A stretch of DNA of 64,000 bases from a virus (lineage: Duplodnaviria; Caudoviricetes): the IMG/VR virus record IMGVR_UViG_3300042866_001263; one strand, 5' to 3'. Positions 1 through 12,200 of this stretch are shown piece after piece (within the stretch, counting starts at the first letter, position 1; every line of letters starts with the position of its first letter). The position numbers were made by a program, and so were the translations under genes. The notes under the pieces are model-generated. The model ran no database searches. It had not been told where the DNA came from and saw only the letters and a program-made list of their open reading frames with translations.

Positions 1-6
1 GAACCT

Positions 7-80
7 ACTCTCTTAGCTCAGTGGATTAGAGCACTTGACTACGGATCAAGGTGTCGTAGGTTCAAATCCTACAGAGAGTG
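7..80 (+). tRNA. tRNA-Arg (anticodon ACG), CCA not encoded
   Basis: Full cloverleaf: acceptor ACTCTCT/AGAGAGT, D-stem GCTC/GAGC, anticodon stem CTTGA/TCAAG with loop CT-ACG-GA, T-arm GTAGG-TTCAAAT-CCTAC. Confidence 0.95.
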
Positions 81-97
81 TTGTTCTAATAAAAACT

Positions 98-214
98 ATG
101 AATAAAATAAAAGGTGACTGTACTTGGTCTGAACAATTTGGATATATTTGGTTGTGTGTAAGTGAAATTATCAAAATGCAGATCCAGGGAGACAACTACC
201 AACCTTCCGTATAA
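98..214 (+). CDS. small hypothetical protein (38 aa, MNKIKGDCTWSEQFGYIW...)
   Basis: Hand-translated ORF between the tRNA and the late promoter; below the ORF-track cutoff. Confidence 0.45.
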   Translation: MNKIKGDCTWSEQFGYIWLCVSEIIKMQIQGDNYQPSV

Positions 215-217
215 ATA
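210..217 (+). promoter_or_regulatory. T4-type late promoter TATAAATA
   Basis: Exact T4 late consensus 40 nt upstream of the giant structural gene. Confidence 0.8.
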
Positions 218-256
218 ACTTGAAGGAATAAGTCACGCCGCAGGGTCTGTATAATC

Positions 257-3200
257 ATGCCATTAACACGTCTGGATAACCTTATCAGTTCAAAAACTGG
301 TAAGTATCTTTATGTTTCTCCCGATGATTTTAACGCAACAGATGCGTTATCAAACAGAGGTAATTCGCCAATCACTCCATTCAAGAGTATCCAACGTGCC
401 TTCCTAGAAATCGCCAGATATTCATACCTTCCTGGCAAGGATAATGATCGTTTTGACCAGTTCAGCATCATGCTGATGCCTGGTATTCACTATATCGATA
501 ACCGCCCAGGTCTTGTAGATACCAATGGTATCGATACATTTGGATTTGATCAGGCATTGAATGCTTGGACTGATAATAGCATCCTTGATATTTCAAATCC
601 AGATAACGTACTATACAAGTTCAACAATACTGAGGGTGGTGCTATCATCCCTCGTGGTTCATCACTTGTTGGTTATGACCTTCGTAGAACAACGATTAGA
701 CCTCTCTACGTTCCAGATCCTGCATCTGTAATCGTTCCTCGTTCTGCAATCTTTAACGTAACTGGTGGTTGCTACTTCTGGCAGTTTACCATTAAAGATG
801 GTCAGACAACTTCAGAATCTCCACTTTATAATCCTTCTGAAGGAACTGGTGAAGTCTATTACGATCCAACAGACTTTACTAGAAAGACAGCACCTAATTT
901 CTCTCACCACAAACTAACAGTATTTGAATATGCAGATGCTGAAGAGCTATCACTGTTCTATAGAAAGATTGGTAAAGCATTCTCTGCATATCAACCAACA
1001 ATTGATGATCCAGGTGAATTTGGATTTAACATTCAAGAGAACAGAATTGTAGGTCCTCTTTCTGACAGTCGTGTTATTGAATCTCTGAAGTTTGTAGATT
1101 CCACAACAGATCCTAGTATTCCTGCTTCAACTACTGAGGTTCAAGTAACAACAAAAGTTGATCACGGTTATTTCTCTGGTCAGTTTGTTTCAGTTTCAAA
1201 CACTCAAATTGATGATGTCCTAGAAGGATTTTTCCCAATCAAAGAGATTGATGCGAATGATCCTCGTAAGTTTATTTACGAAGTACCAGTTGTTGTTGGT
1301 GCTATTGGAACCAATATCGTATCTGGTCAAACAATTAGCGTAGATACTACACCAGCACTTGGACAAAACGCACAAACTCTTGCTGAGGTTGATAGCGTTG
1401 AATCTGCATCTCCATATGTCTTCAACGTTTCAATTCGTTCTACTTGGGGTATTTGTGGTATCTGGGCAAATGGTCTGAAAGCCACTGGTTTCAGATCAAT
1501 GGTTATTGCTCAGTACACTGGTGTTTCTCTACAGAAAGACGATAGAGCATTCATCCGTTACGATGAGTATTCAAACACTTGGAACCAAGCATCTCTAGCA
1601 GATGCGTTTGCTACCGTTCCTTATCACGCAAAGGGTGATAGCTATTGGAAAGATGAGTGGAGAAACTTCCACGTTCGTGCTTCTGAAGATGCATTCATTC
1701 AGAACGTTTCGATCTTCGCTGTTGGTTTCGCTGATCACTTCCTAATGGAAAGTGGTGGTGACATGTCGATCACCAACTCTAACTCCAACTTCGGTAATAC
1801 TTCTCTACATGCTATTGGTTTCAAAGGTTTCTCCTTTAACCAAGATAAGGCAGGATATATTACCGATATCATCCCACCAAAGAAATCACTAGAAAGCACT
1901 GCAACTACAAAGAAAGTTGCTTACTATACTGTTGATATCCAGGGAACAATTCAGAATTCAAACAACTATACTAAGTTGTTCTTAGGTAGTGATGATATCA
2001 TCACTCCAACTGAGCGTCCTGCTGCAACAATTGACGGTTTTAGAATTGGTGCTAAGACTGGAGATAAACTGTATGTTAAACTAGGATCACTAACTCCTGG
2101 TGGTAACGAAGTATTTGAAGTAGAACTTCAACCAACTGGTTTCCTTAAGTATATTGCAAAAGGATCTATCTTAAATCCATCTGGATTTGCAATCAATAAT
2201 ATTACAGCTGATGCTGCTAATCTAATTGAAAGCAACCGCACGATGATCCAAGAAGAAGTTTTTGGATACATTCTTGAGAAGTACCCTGCACTTCAGAACA
2301 TTCCTTATGTTAACCCAGGTCTCAATCCTGCTGCTGGTCGTTACTTTGATGCTCGCAATCTAATTCTTGCAAACCGTCAAGAGATTGTTGATACAGCATT
2401 CAACCAAATGGTTGAAACATTTGGTATTGGTAATATCCAAGGTGTTGCTGATGGTAAGTGTAAGCGTGACATTGGATTTATTGTTGATGCTATCGCAGAA
2501 GACCTTAGAGACGGTGGTAACCTCAATACGATTGAAGCTGCCAAGTTCTATTTCAATGGTGATGGATCACCACTACAGAATGGTCTAGTTGGTGAAGAAA
2601 ACTATGCTGTGTTTGCTTTCAATAGAGCAAGAGATCTTTGCAAGAAAGCAATTGCTAACCTATTGACGGTTAAAGCAAATATTCACGATCCAGATACTAA
2701 TAGTGTATTCAACAAGCCTGGTAACCCATATGGTTATCTCTTCGGTTCCTATGGTTCCGATGGTGGACTGAATAGTGCTGGTGTAACTGTAGACGATTCC
2801 AACAAGCAGGATCCAGCGGGTCGTTATAAGGATGCCCGTAATCGTATTCTCGCTAACAGAGAGTTCATCCTCGATGCTGCACTTGCTGAAGTTGCTGTTT
2901 ATCACCCAGATTTCTACATTCCTGGAGATACTCAAAGCAACGTACAATCTCGCTTTGCTGACTCTTATCGTCTAATCCGTCGTAACAGTAAGGAAATTAC
3001 TGATAGAGCACTTGCTAAGATCGCTGTAGACTATCCTGATTTCTACTTCCCTGGTGACGCACAGACGACTGCCGATTCTCGCTTCTATGATAGCTACCGT
3101 CTAATTCAGCAGAACAAGACTGAGATTATCAATACAGCATGGACCAACATGGTCACCCTGTATCCTGGTGTTGCTTCCACTGAAACAAAGTGTAAGAGAG

Positions 3201-6200
3201 ACCTTGGATACTTTGTTGATGCGATTTCACTTGACCTCTTCATTCGTGGTAACGAGTATTCATACAAATTTGCTGCTGAATATTTTACGAATGCTACAAC
3301 TCCAATCAGCAACGGTCTAGTTGGCGAAGTTACTGAGAGCATCTATGCATTCAATCAGGCAAAGACCCTGATGAAATCTGCTATCACCAACCAACTCACA
3401 GTTAAGGATCTTACAATCACTGCTGATCCTGCAACTGGTAGCAATACAAACGCAAACTCTTGTGCTAACGTTCGCTCTGCTATCGATACTTTATCTGGCA
3501 TCGTCACCACAATCATTAATGATGGTAACTTAAACTCGATGCCACAAACTATCAACAAGGGTTCTGCCCCTGCTGGTATGGCAAAGTGTGGTCGTGACGT
3601 TGGATACTTCATCGATGCAATCGCTGTTGACGTATTCACTGGTGGTAACAAGCACACAAGAACTTTCATTCAGCAATATTTTAACGGCAACACTCCTATT
3701 AGCAATGGTCTAGTTGGTGAAACTGCACAAAGCAACGCAGCATTCAATGAAGCTGCTGAGTTCATGCGTAGAGCAGTTACAAACCAACTCTACTACAAGG
3801 ATCTCACACTTACTGCTGATCCTGCTACTGGCAGCAATACAAACGTAAACTCTTGTGCTAACGTTCAATCAGCAATCACTACTCTTACTGCTATTGCAAC
3901 AACTGCAGTTACTGCTGGTAACCTAAACGCCCTTCCTGCAGAAAATGCTGGTACGTTCCTAACTGGAGAAGTTAAGTGCCGCAGAGATATCGGACATATC
4001 GTTGATGCAGTAGCACAAGACCTCTGGTTTGGTGGTAACGAATACACTATTGCTGCTACTAAGGAATACTTCACCAACGCAACAACCCTACTCACAAATG
4101 GTGTTGCTGGTGAGACTGGACCTTCTATCACAGCATTTAAGAGAGCTGCTGATCTAATGAACCGTGCTGTTAATAACCAGTACTACAATAGAGATCTTAC
4201 ACTCACACTTGATACCACAGAAGATCCAGCATTTGTTGCTGACATTCATGCTGATGCTTATAACCTTGTTCTTGATAACAAGCAGTTCATTGCTAAGGAA
4301 GCATACCTACGCATGAAGTCAGCATATCCTTCTTATGTTCCACAGACTGGAAACACTGAGCAAGATTGTCTTGATGACGTTTATGATGTTCTAGATGCAG
4401 TAATGTGGAACGTCAAGTTTGGTGGTAACTCCAAGACTTATGACGCAGCAAATGTCTATGTAACCAATACACTCAACGGACAACCAATTCAGACATTTAT
4501 TGATGCTGAGCGTGATGAAGCTGCTAAGGTCTTCACAGAAGTTAAAAAGGTTGCAATTCAAGTTCTAAGAAACGAAACTGTTTCTGTATCTGCTGGTAAT
4601 ACATTCACTCAGAAGAAAGATCTTACAATTGTCAATGATTGGGATGCTGATGAACTACTACCTAAGTGTGGATCTGCAGTTGGTGCTGTAGATACTCTAC
4701 TTGGTATCATCATTCAGGCAATTGGTAATGATGGTGGAGTTGGTAACCTAACTGGCATTACTAGAGTTGCTCCATCACAACCAACAACCTATGCTCTAGG
4801 TAACTGTTCTGATGTTCTATCAACGATTGATACTCTTATTGGTATAGTTTGTGACGCCCTGCAAGCTGGCAACCTCAACACTCTTCCATCTCTAAGCAAC
4901 GGTGAGTGGGATTGTGCCAACGTTCGCTCTACAATTGAAAACCTATTTGATATTGTTACTGATGCAGTTGGCACTGGATCTCTTGCAGGTCTACCACAAG
5001 TAAACGCTGGAGATTTCATTGCTAATGCTAAGCAATCTAAGTGCTATCGTGACGTATCCTACATCGTTGATGCTGTTGTTAATGACCTCAGACTTGGTGG
5101 TAACGTTAACTCCATCCAAGCTGGTGAAGCATACTATGTTGGCAACAACCTAACCTATATCGATGGGGAAAAGACTGAAACTATTGATGCTTGGAACTAC
5201 GTTGGCGATCTTGCGATTGCAGCGATGCGTAACTTTGACATGCTTGCCGTCAATTGTGTTACATCTACTGGTTCTGCTCTTGTCAATGTATCGGATACTC
5301 GTGGTATTGTAATTGGAATGAGAGTTGTTGAGTATGCAAATACTCCAACTCCTTATGTAAATGGACTTCTACAAGCTGGTGCTGTTCCAATATACACCAA
5401 CATTCCAAAGGATACATTCGTAAAGAGAATTGTAAGCAATACGACAATTGAACTTGGTGTTGCAAATTCCAGATTTACCACTGGTAATACTGTAAACGCT
5501 CTACAATCAAGCACAAGCACAAAACTATACTTCACCTATGAGAAGGGTGCTTGGGCAAATATTCTTCCACAGAGAGTAACTGTAGGACCAGAGAACATCA
5601 ATCCTGATGTCATCCAAGACACAACTGCATTCACTCCAAGTGCTCCAACTCAAAGAGAATGTGCAAGCACTGCTAATGCAATCATTACCTTAATTGGTAA
5701 CATTACAACGATCATTAATAGTGGTCTTGGAACTGTTGCACTACAAGAGCAAACAGTTAATACTGCTCTCTTTGCTTCTCGTGCTACTGTCTTTACAATT
5801 GATACAACTGGTTATGGTTCAACCAACGCACACAACTTTGAGACAGGAACTCCAGTAAGACTTGTTCCACGTCCACGTTTTGATATTACTACTGGTAAGT
5901 ATGTTGAAGTTGACAAGAGACTTGTAAGACTTCCAAAAGGTTTCGAACCAAATAGAACATATTATGTAATTGCTCCTGGCAGAAGAACACAACCAGCAGA
6001 TTATAGCACCACAACTTACTTCGATGGAAGTGATCAAACCAAGTTGATGCTTGCTACATCTAAGGAAAATGCAGCTGCTGGTATCTACATCTATGCTTCT
6101 GAGACTGAAAGTATTGATCAAAATGTAGAAATTGACCTCTACCAGTTTGTATTAGATGACAAGTATGATCTTCACAACTATAGATGTAATTTAACCAATA

Positions 6201-9200
6201 CAGTTAATGCTGGTATTGAGACAGATGTTTCACACATCTTTGATAGACCATCTGCTGCTACAACACCACAAAGAGTATTCTTTAGAGAAATTGAAGGTGG
6301 ACAACTTCCATTAGTTTCTCAGACATATCAGAGTGATCCAACTGTAGCAGTAACAAATCCTCAGAGTTCTGATGTTGGAAGAATTAATCCTCAAGTAGAA
6401 TTCTTTGCTCGTTATCAGAATGACAGAGTATTTACAATTCACAAAACTCATGCTGATGCAATTAATAATGTAAATCCAATTCAGTTCTTTGCTGGACAAG
6501 CTGGTATCAGATTTGATGTCTATGCTAACAAGCGTAGATCTCCTATGAGATTTGACCCATCATTTACTGATGCTAAGTCAAGCACTGGTAAGTGGTATAT
6601 CCAGTGTAAGGATGTTGTTACTGGTGGAACTCCTAACGATATTGCTAAGAATATCTTTACCAGAATTAACGAAGATGATTACTCTGATAGACCAAGAACC
6701 ACAGATATGTGGTATGAGCGTCTTGATGACACTAGAGGTGCTAATGATAGAACCTATAAAGTTCGTTACGTCATTCCTAAGTATCTTGAGAATGCAAGAG
6801 ATCCTATCAATGGATTTGTTCTCAAGACAAGAACTGACGACACCCGTAAGTTAGTTCCGCAGAAAATTCTATTGAAACCAGTTTCTGGTTCTGTATACGG
6901 TGCTAGGTTTGAAAACCCAGTTCAAGCTGGTGAGTATATTGGATATACAGCAGAACAGTTTGAAACTAATGATCTGAATACTGAAGCTGCTTATGATCCA
7001 TTTAAGAAAGATCTAACAAATCAGGGTATTGATTACCGTGCATTTGCTAAGTTCAGTTCTGGAATTCAAGCAACAATTCAGAGTGGTCGTTATGTATCAG
7101 ATGTTCTAGATCCAAATATCAAGTATCTTGAACTTACTGTATACGATCACACTGTAGATTCTCTAAACTTCCCTGGATTAAGAAACGAAATCTTTACCAC
7201 TGTGAAGATTACTGCTCCTCAGGGTGGCGACTTCGTAACAAATAAGACACAAAGTATTCTTGCTAATAAAGTATTCTTCACTGGTGCTTCATCTGGATTT
7301 GCCTTTATTCATGCTTACTATAGCGTTGGTGGTGATCATTACTTGATCATCAAGGGCATTGGTGGAGGAAAACTAGAATATAGTGAGTATGCGGACGTAA
7401 GATTTACTCAGGGTTCTGTCTTCGCTGATATGCTAGAAGATCAGGACATGGGTAAATCCCTACCACTTAAGACCCTTATTCGTAAGGGATATCCTGAATA
7501 CTACTGGAGACAGAATGGATCTAATGTTTATACCATTACTCCTGGTGATAAGATCCAAGATGATGCTGGTATTGAATACTATGTTGCTGGCGTAGAAGAT
7601 GCAGGTATCATCGAAGATACATTCTATATCTTTGCTACTGAAACTCTACAGCGTCGTATTGCTGGTCAGCAAGATGGTATCTACTACCTAACCTGCTTAC
7701 GTGGTAACATTTCACCATTCCCAACTGGTGCTGGCGTAACTAACAACTTCAAGAACTTTAAGTTCTCGCAGCCAGTTAGCAGACTATATCCTCTAAACTA
7801 CAGAAACGATCCTCTCTGGTTCCAGAAGAACGGAACAACTAACGAAGAGAAGGATTACTATGCTGCTCTTATCGATCCACCAGCAACATCATCTGCTGCT
7901 GATAACTATACTCATGGTTTAGTTACAGTTAACGATTATAAGAACTCTGTAACTAGAGAAACAATTGGTGACCTTATTCAGCAGTCTGCATTTGCTGGTA
8001 ACACATATAGTGGAACAGTTGTAAAATACGGCAAGACCTTAAATGCTTCTATTCAAGCACAAGAAGGTAATGCAACTTCTGGATCTGAAGATCGTATCAT
8101 TCCAATCTCTGGTAGCAGCACAGTAGTCTCTGATCAGAGATACTATGTTGAACTCCGTAGACCATCTATTGCTCGTGCTGGTAACCATACGTTTGAATAC
8201 CTAGGTTTCGGTCCTGGTAACTACTCCACTGGTCTCCCAGCTCGTCAGGAAGTCGTCTTAACTCCAGATCAGGACTTCTATGCCCAAGCTAAGAAACAGG
8301 ACGCTGGTATCGTCTTCTACACGGGTATTAACTCTCAGGGTGATCTCTACATTGGTAACAGAAGAATTAATGCTATCACTGGTGAAGAGACATTTATTGA
8401 TAAAGCAAGTCTAACCGATGATGGTGATGAGAATGACGTAATTGGAGGTCTCGTCACTACATTTGACACTCCTGTAACATTTAATGAGAACTTCACTGTT
8501 GTTGGTGGAGATGGAACACTTGTAACTAATTTTGAATCACCTGTTGTTATCTCTGTACAGGATAATGATTTGATCCAAGAGCGTGATGCATTAATCATTC
8601 GTTCTAATGTTTCTCCTGTTGATCCTGTTCCTCCTCAACCACAGCAAGATGCAGGACTTGATAGAACTTCATTCAGACCAGTTAGCAAGGGCGACATTAA
8701 ACTTGGTAAGAATAGAATTCAATCTGCGATATTTGCATTCAATTCCAGAGGAAATGGTCAGGAATATCTAATCCAAACTCATAGTGTTCTTGGTGTTGCT
8801 TCTAATATCACACCAAATCAATCACCTCTAATATCTGCTGGTGGAACAAGAGTTAATGCTGCTCAATTTGTGACTTACGGTGGTGTATTACCAACAACTG
8901 GTGATATACTATTGAAGGGATCTGAAGTTGGTAAGTCTGGATCTCTTGGATGGATCTTTGCAAACTACTATCAAGTAATTGCAAATAATTCTGTTGATAA
9001 TGTTATTTTTGATGGCAGTAATGTAGTTAAAGTTACGTTCAGATCTTCTGTAACTGGTTTAACTATTCCATGTCAAGATATTGGTATTACTTCTGCTTCT
9101 CAGATCAGATTTAAGAATTATCCAGATGCAAATCTAAATCTAACTTGGGTTATCTACTCTCCAAATGGAGATGCTTTCTCTCCATCAAAACCATATGTTT

Positions 9201-12200
9201 ACTTCCAGATTCTTGCTCAGAGACCAGCTCTTGTGCAGTCTTGGGCGGGTTTAATTGCTCAGGCAACTAGTGCTGGAACACCTCTTCCAATAATTGAGTT
9301 CTCTAACGCTAATTGGAAAGAAGTTGGTGTTATTGGTGCTGAAGCTATCAGAACAGAAACTGAGACAATTGGTAATTACAAGTTAGGTATTAACACAGTT
9401 GCTCGTTCTCCACATAGCGCACATACAAATGCATTTGTTGATGCTGCTACAACAGATCCTCGTGCAAACCTTGATGTCGTTGGTAATTCCTACATCAGCG
9501 GTAAGAAGACTACAAATTATCTACAGCATACTAATTTTGCTGACCGTGATAAGAATGCTATTGCTGATGCATTCGTAGTTGGTGGTGATAGTCTATCTCC
9601 AACTGATTATAGCACCTTAAGAGTTGATACAAGAACCGTTGCAATTACTGAAGCATCAAGAGGTAATAATCTAGGTAGAATTGGTATTAATACCGATGAA
9701 ACTGTAGCAGATAAACAACTCAATAGAGCACTTGTTGTTGTTGGTGATTCAAGATTTACCGAAGACGCTAGATTTGAGCGTGATGTTGAGATCTATACTG
9801 ATAGTGGAACTGATACTGCTGAAGTCAGAACTGGTATTACAACTGGATCGTTTAACTTCTTAAATGGTTCTACTTCAACTCAATTTACTGGTCAACTATC
9901 GGTCACTGGTGGAGTTCTTAGCAAGGCAAATTCTAAGGGTCTCAGATTTGCTAATAATGTTTCGTATATCGAAATTGGTGATGCATATACAGATGACCAG
10001 TTTATCTTTATTGGCAACAACACAGATCATTCGAATATCTTCCTTGGAGATATTACAGATTCTGCTGGTGCTATTTCTAAAGTTCAAATTGGTGGAGCAT
10101 ACGGTAACAACTCTTCTAACTCATATACAACCTTTGGAACAAGAAGAGTTAACTTTGCTGGAGATGTAGTATTTGGTGCTAACAAACTTCAGGGTGGTAA
10201 TAGACTCAATCCAGAGATGGTTGTTTCTGTTGGAACTGAAGCTGGTATTGTTCAATTCTTTACTGGCAACACTCAAACTCTTGATTTTGCAACTAATGCA
10301 TCTGAGATCAATATTGGTGGTCAGGGTGGACAAACTAAAGTTAGAAATAACCTAGTTGTAGATGCCGCCGCCCGCTTCAATTCAAATGTAACTCTTTGTG
10401 GAGGTTTTGCTTCCTTCTCCTTCGTTGGAAATAGAGCACAACTAGGATCTACATCGTTCAGTCATTCTTCTGGAATTCTTGGACAAAATACATATAACTC
10501 TAATATCGACATCATTAATGTATTTGTTGTTGGCGTTGTTAATCAGAATGCACCAACTCCAGCAGAACTAACTGCTGGTTTCAACAGAATTGATACTGCT
10601 GGTGCTGGAGTGTGGGGTGGAAATTCTGGTGTTTCTAACTTCCAAGCAGCAATTCCTGGAGCTGGACCTGAAGGTGCTACATTACCAGCACTAACTGGAT
10701 CAGAATACTACATTCCTATGAAGTATAAGCCAACCCCATACTTCAAGGCTGGCGATTACATGGTTATCGATACTCCAATTACTGGTTCTACACATCCAGA
10801 AATTGTTAGAATTACTGAAGATGGACTACAGGGCGCAGAAGAAGCACCATACTATCTCAAGGTTCGTCGTCAACCACTTGGTACATTTACTGCTATCAAG
10901 ACAAATCACCCAGATACAACAAACGTTTGGAAAGTAAACGTTGCATTTGATGCAACTTGGATTACTCAGGGTATTGATGCATCTGGAACACAGGAGAATG
11001 TGTATCTGGCGGAATTTGGTGGACAGCTAACGACAAATGATTATGTAATTATTGATAGAAATGATAGCAATAATGATGGTGTAGCAGATCAGGGCGAAGT
11101 ATTTAAGATTGCTTCTCTCTTGGCTCAGGTCGCTAAGAAGTTCAGCATCAAGAATGGTTGTGATACACAAGCAGAAGAAACTGTATTTGAAGTCGATAGT
11201 GTTACTGGTAGTGTTTCTCTTGGTGATCCTGGTAATATCAATACATCAACATTCATCTATGGAAATCTTACTTTAACTGGTCAATGTGGTGGTGCTGGAA
11301 CAGCAGACAACACTAAACTAACATTAAAGAATGAATTGTACACGACAGCACAAATTGATGTTTGCACAGGAGATACTGTTTTAGGAAGCACTTATGCTAC
11401 CGTATTTGCAATTGGATCTCTTGCGGGAACAACCGCTGCTGCCCATAGCACAACAACACCAGTTTATGTTTATCGTAGAGATCCATTTACTATTCAGGTT
11501 GGTGGTCCACTTACAACAACTTATGCTAACCAAGCAACTGGTGCAATTCTAGCATCAACATCAAATATTCCTGTTGTAAGTATCAGCGGATTCTCCAAGG
11601 GAGATCTGGTTGCAATTGTTGATGGAACCACATTAACAACAACTAAGATGGAAATTATCAGAATTACTGATAATCCATTTATATCAAGTACTGGAGATAC
11701 TGCAGGAATTCATTTCCTACCAACTTCTTCAAATGGTACATATCCATCTGGTGGTAGAGCACAGGAAACGACAACAGCACAAGCATGGCAACCTGGAGCA
11801 GTAGTTGTTAAAATCCAAAAAGATTTCAGAACAACAACTCTTTCCGAAGCAATTCCTGCTACTGGTAGAGTATCTGTTGAATCTCCAAATACTAATCCAA
11901 ATAAGATTAGAATCAAGTTAGTAAACGGAGACCTCATTCCAGAGAAACTAGATTATGAGCATATCATCAGAATTGATAATGAATTCTTCTATCCAGACAG
12001 CATTAATGGCGCAAATGACCCAATATTTGGTGTAAGACTTCCTAAGTCTGTCAGATTGGATGGAGAGAACAATTTTGATAGATTCTTCGGTGGTGGAAAT
12101 CTAACAACTCATGGTGATCTAAACATTACTAGTGGTAATTTGAGAATGTTTGGTGGCGATGGAACTACCATCGTATTCAACGTTGCTAATGATGATGGAC

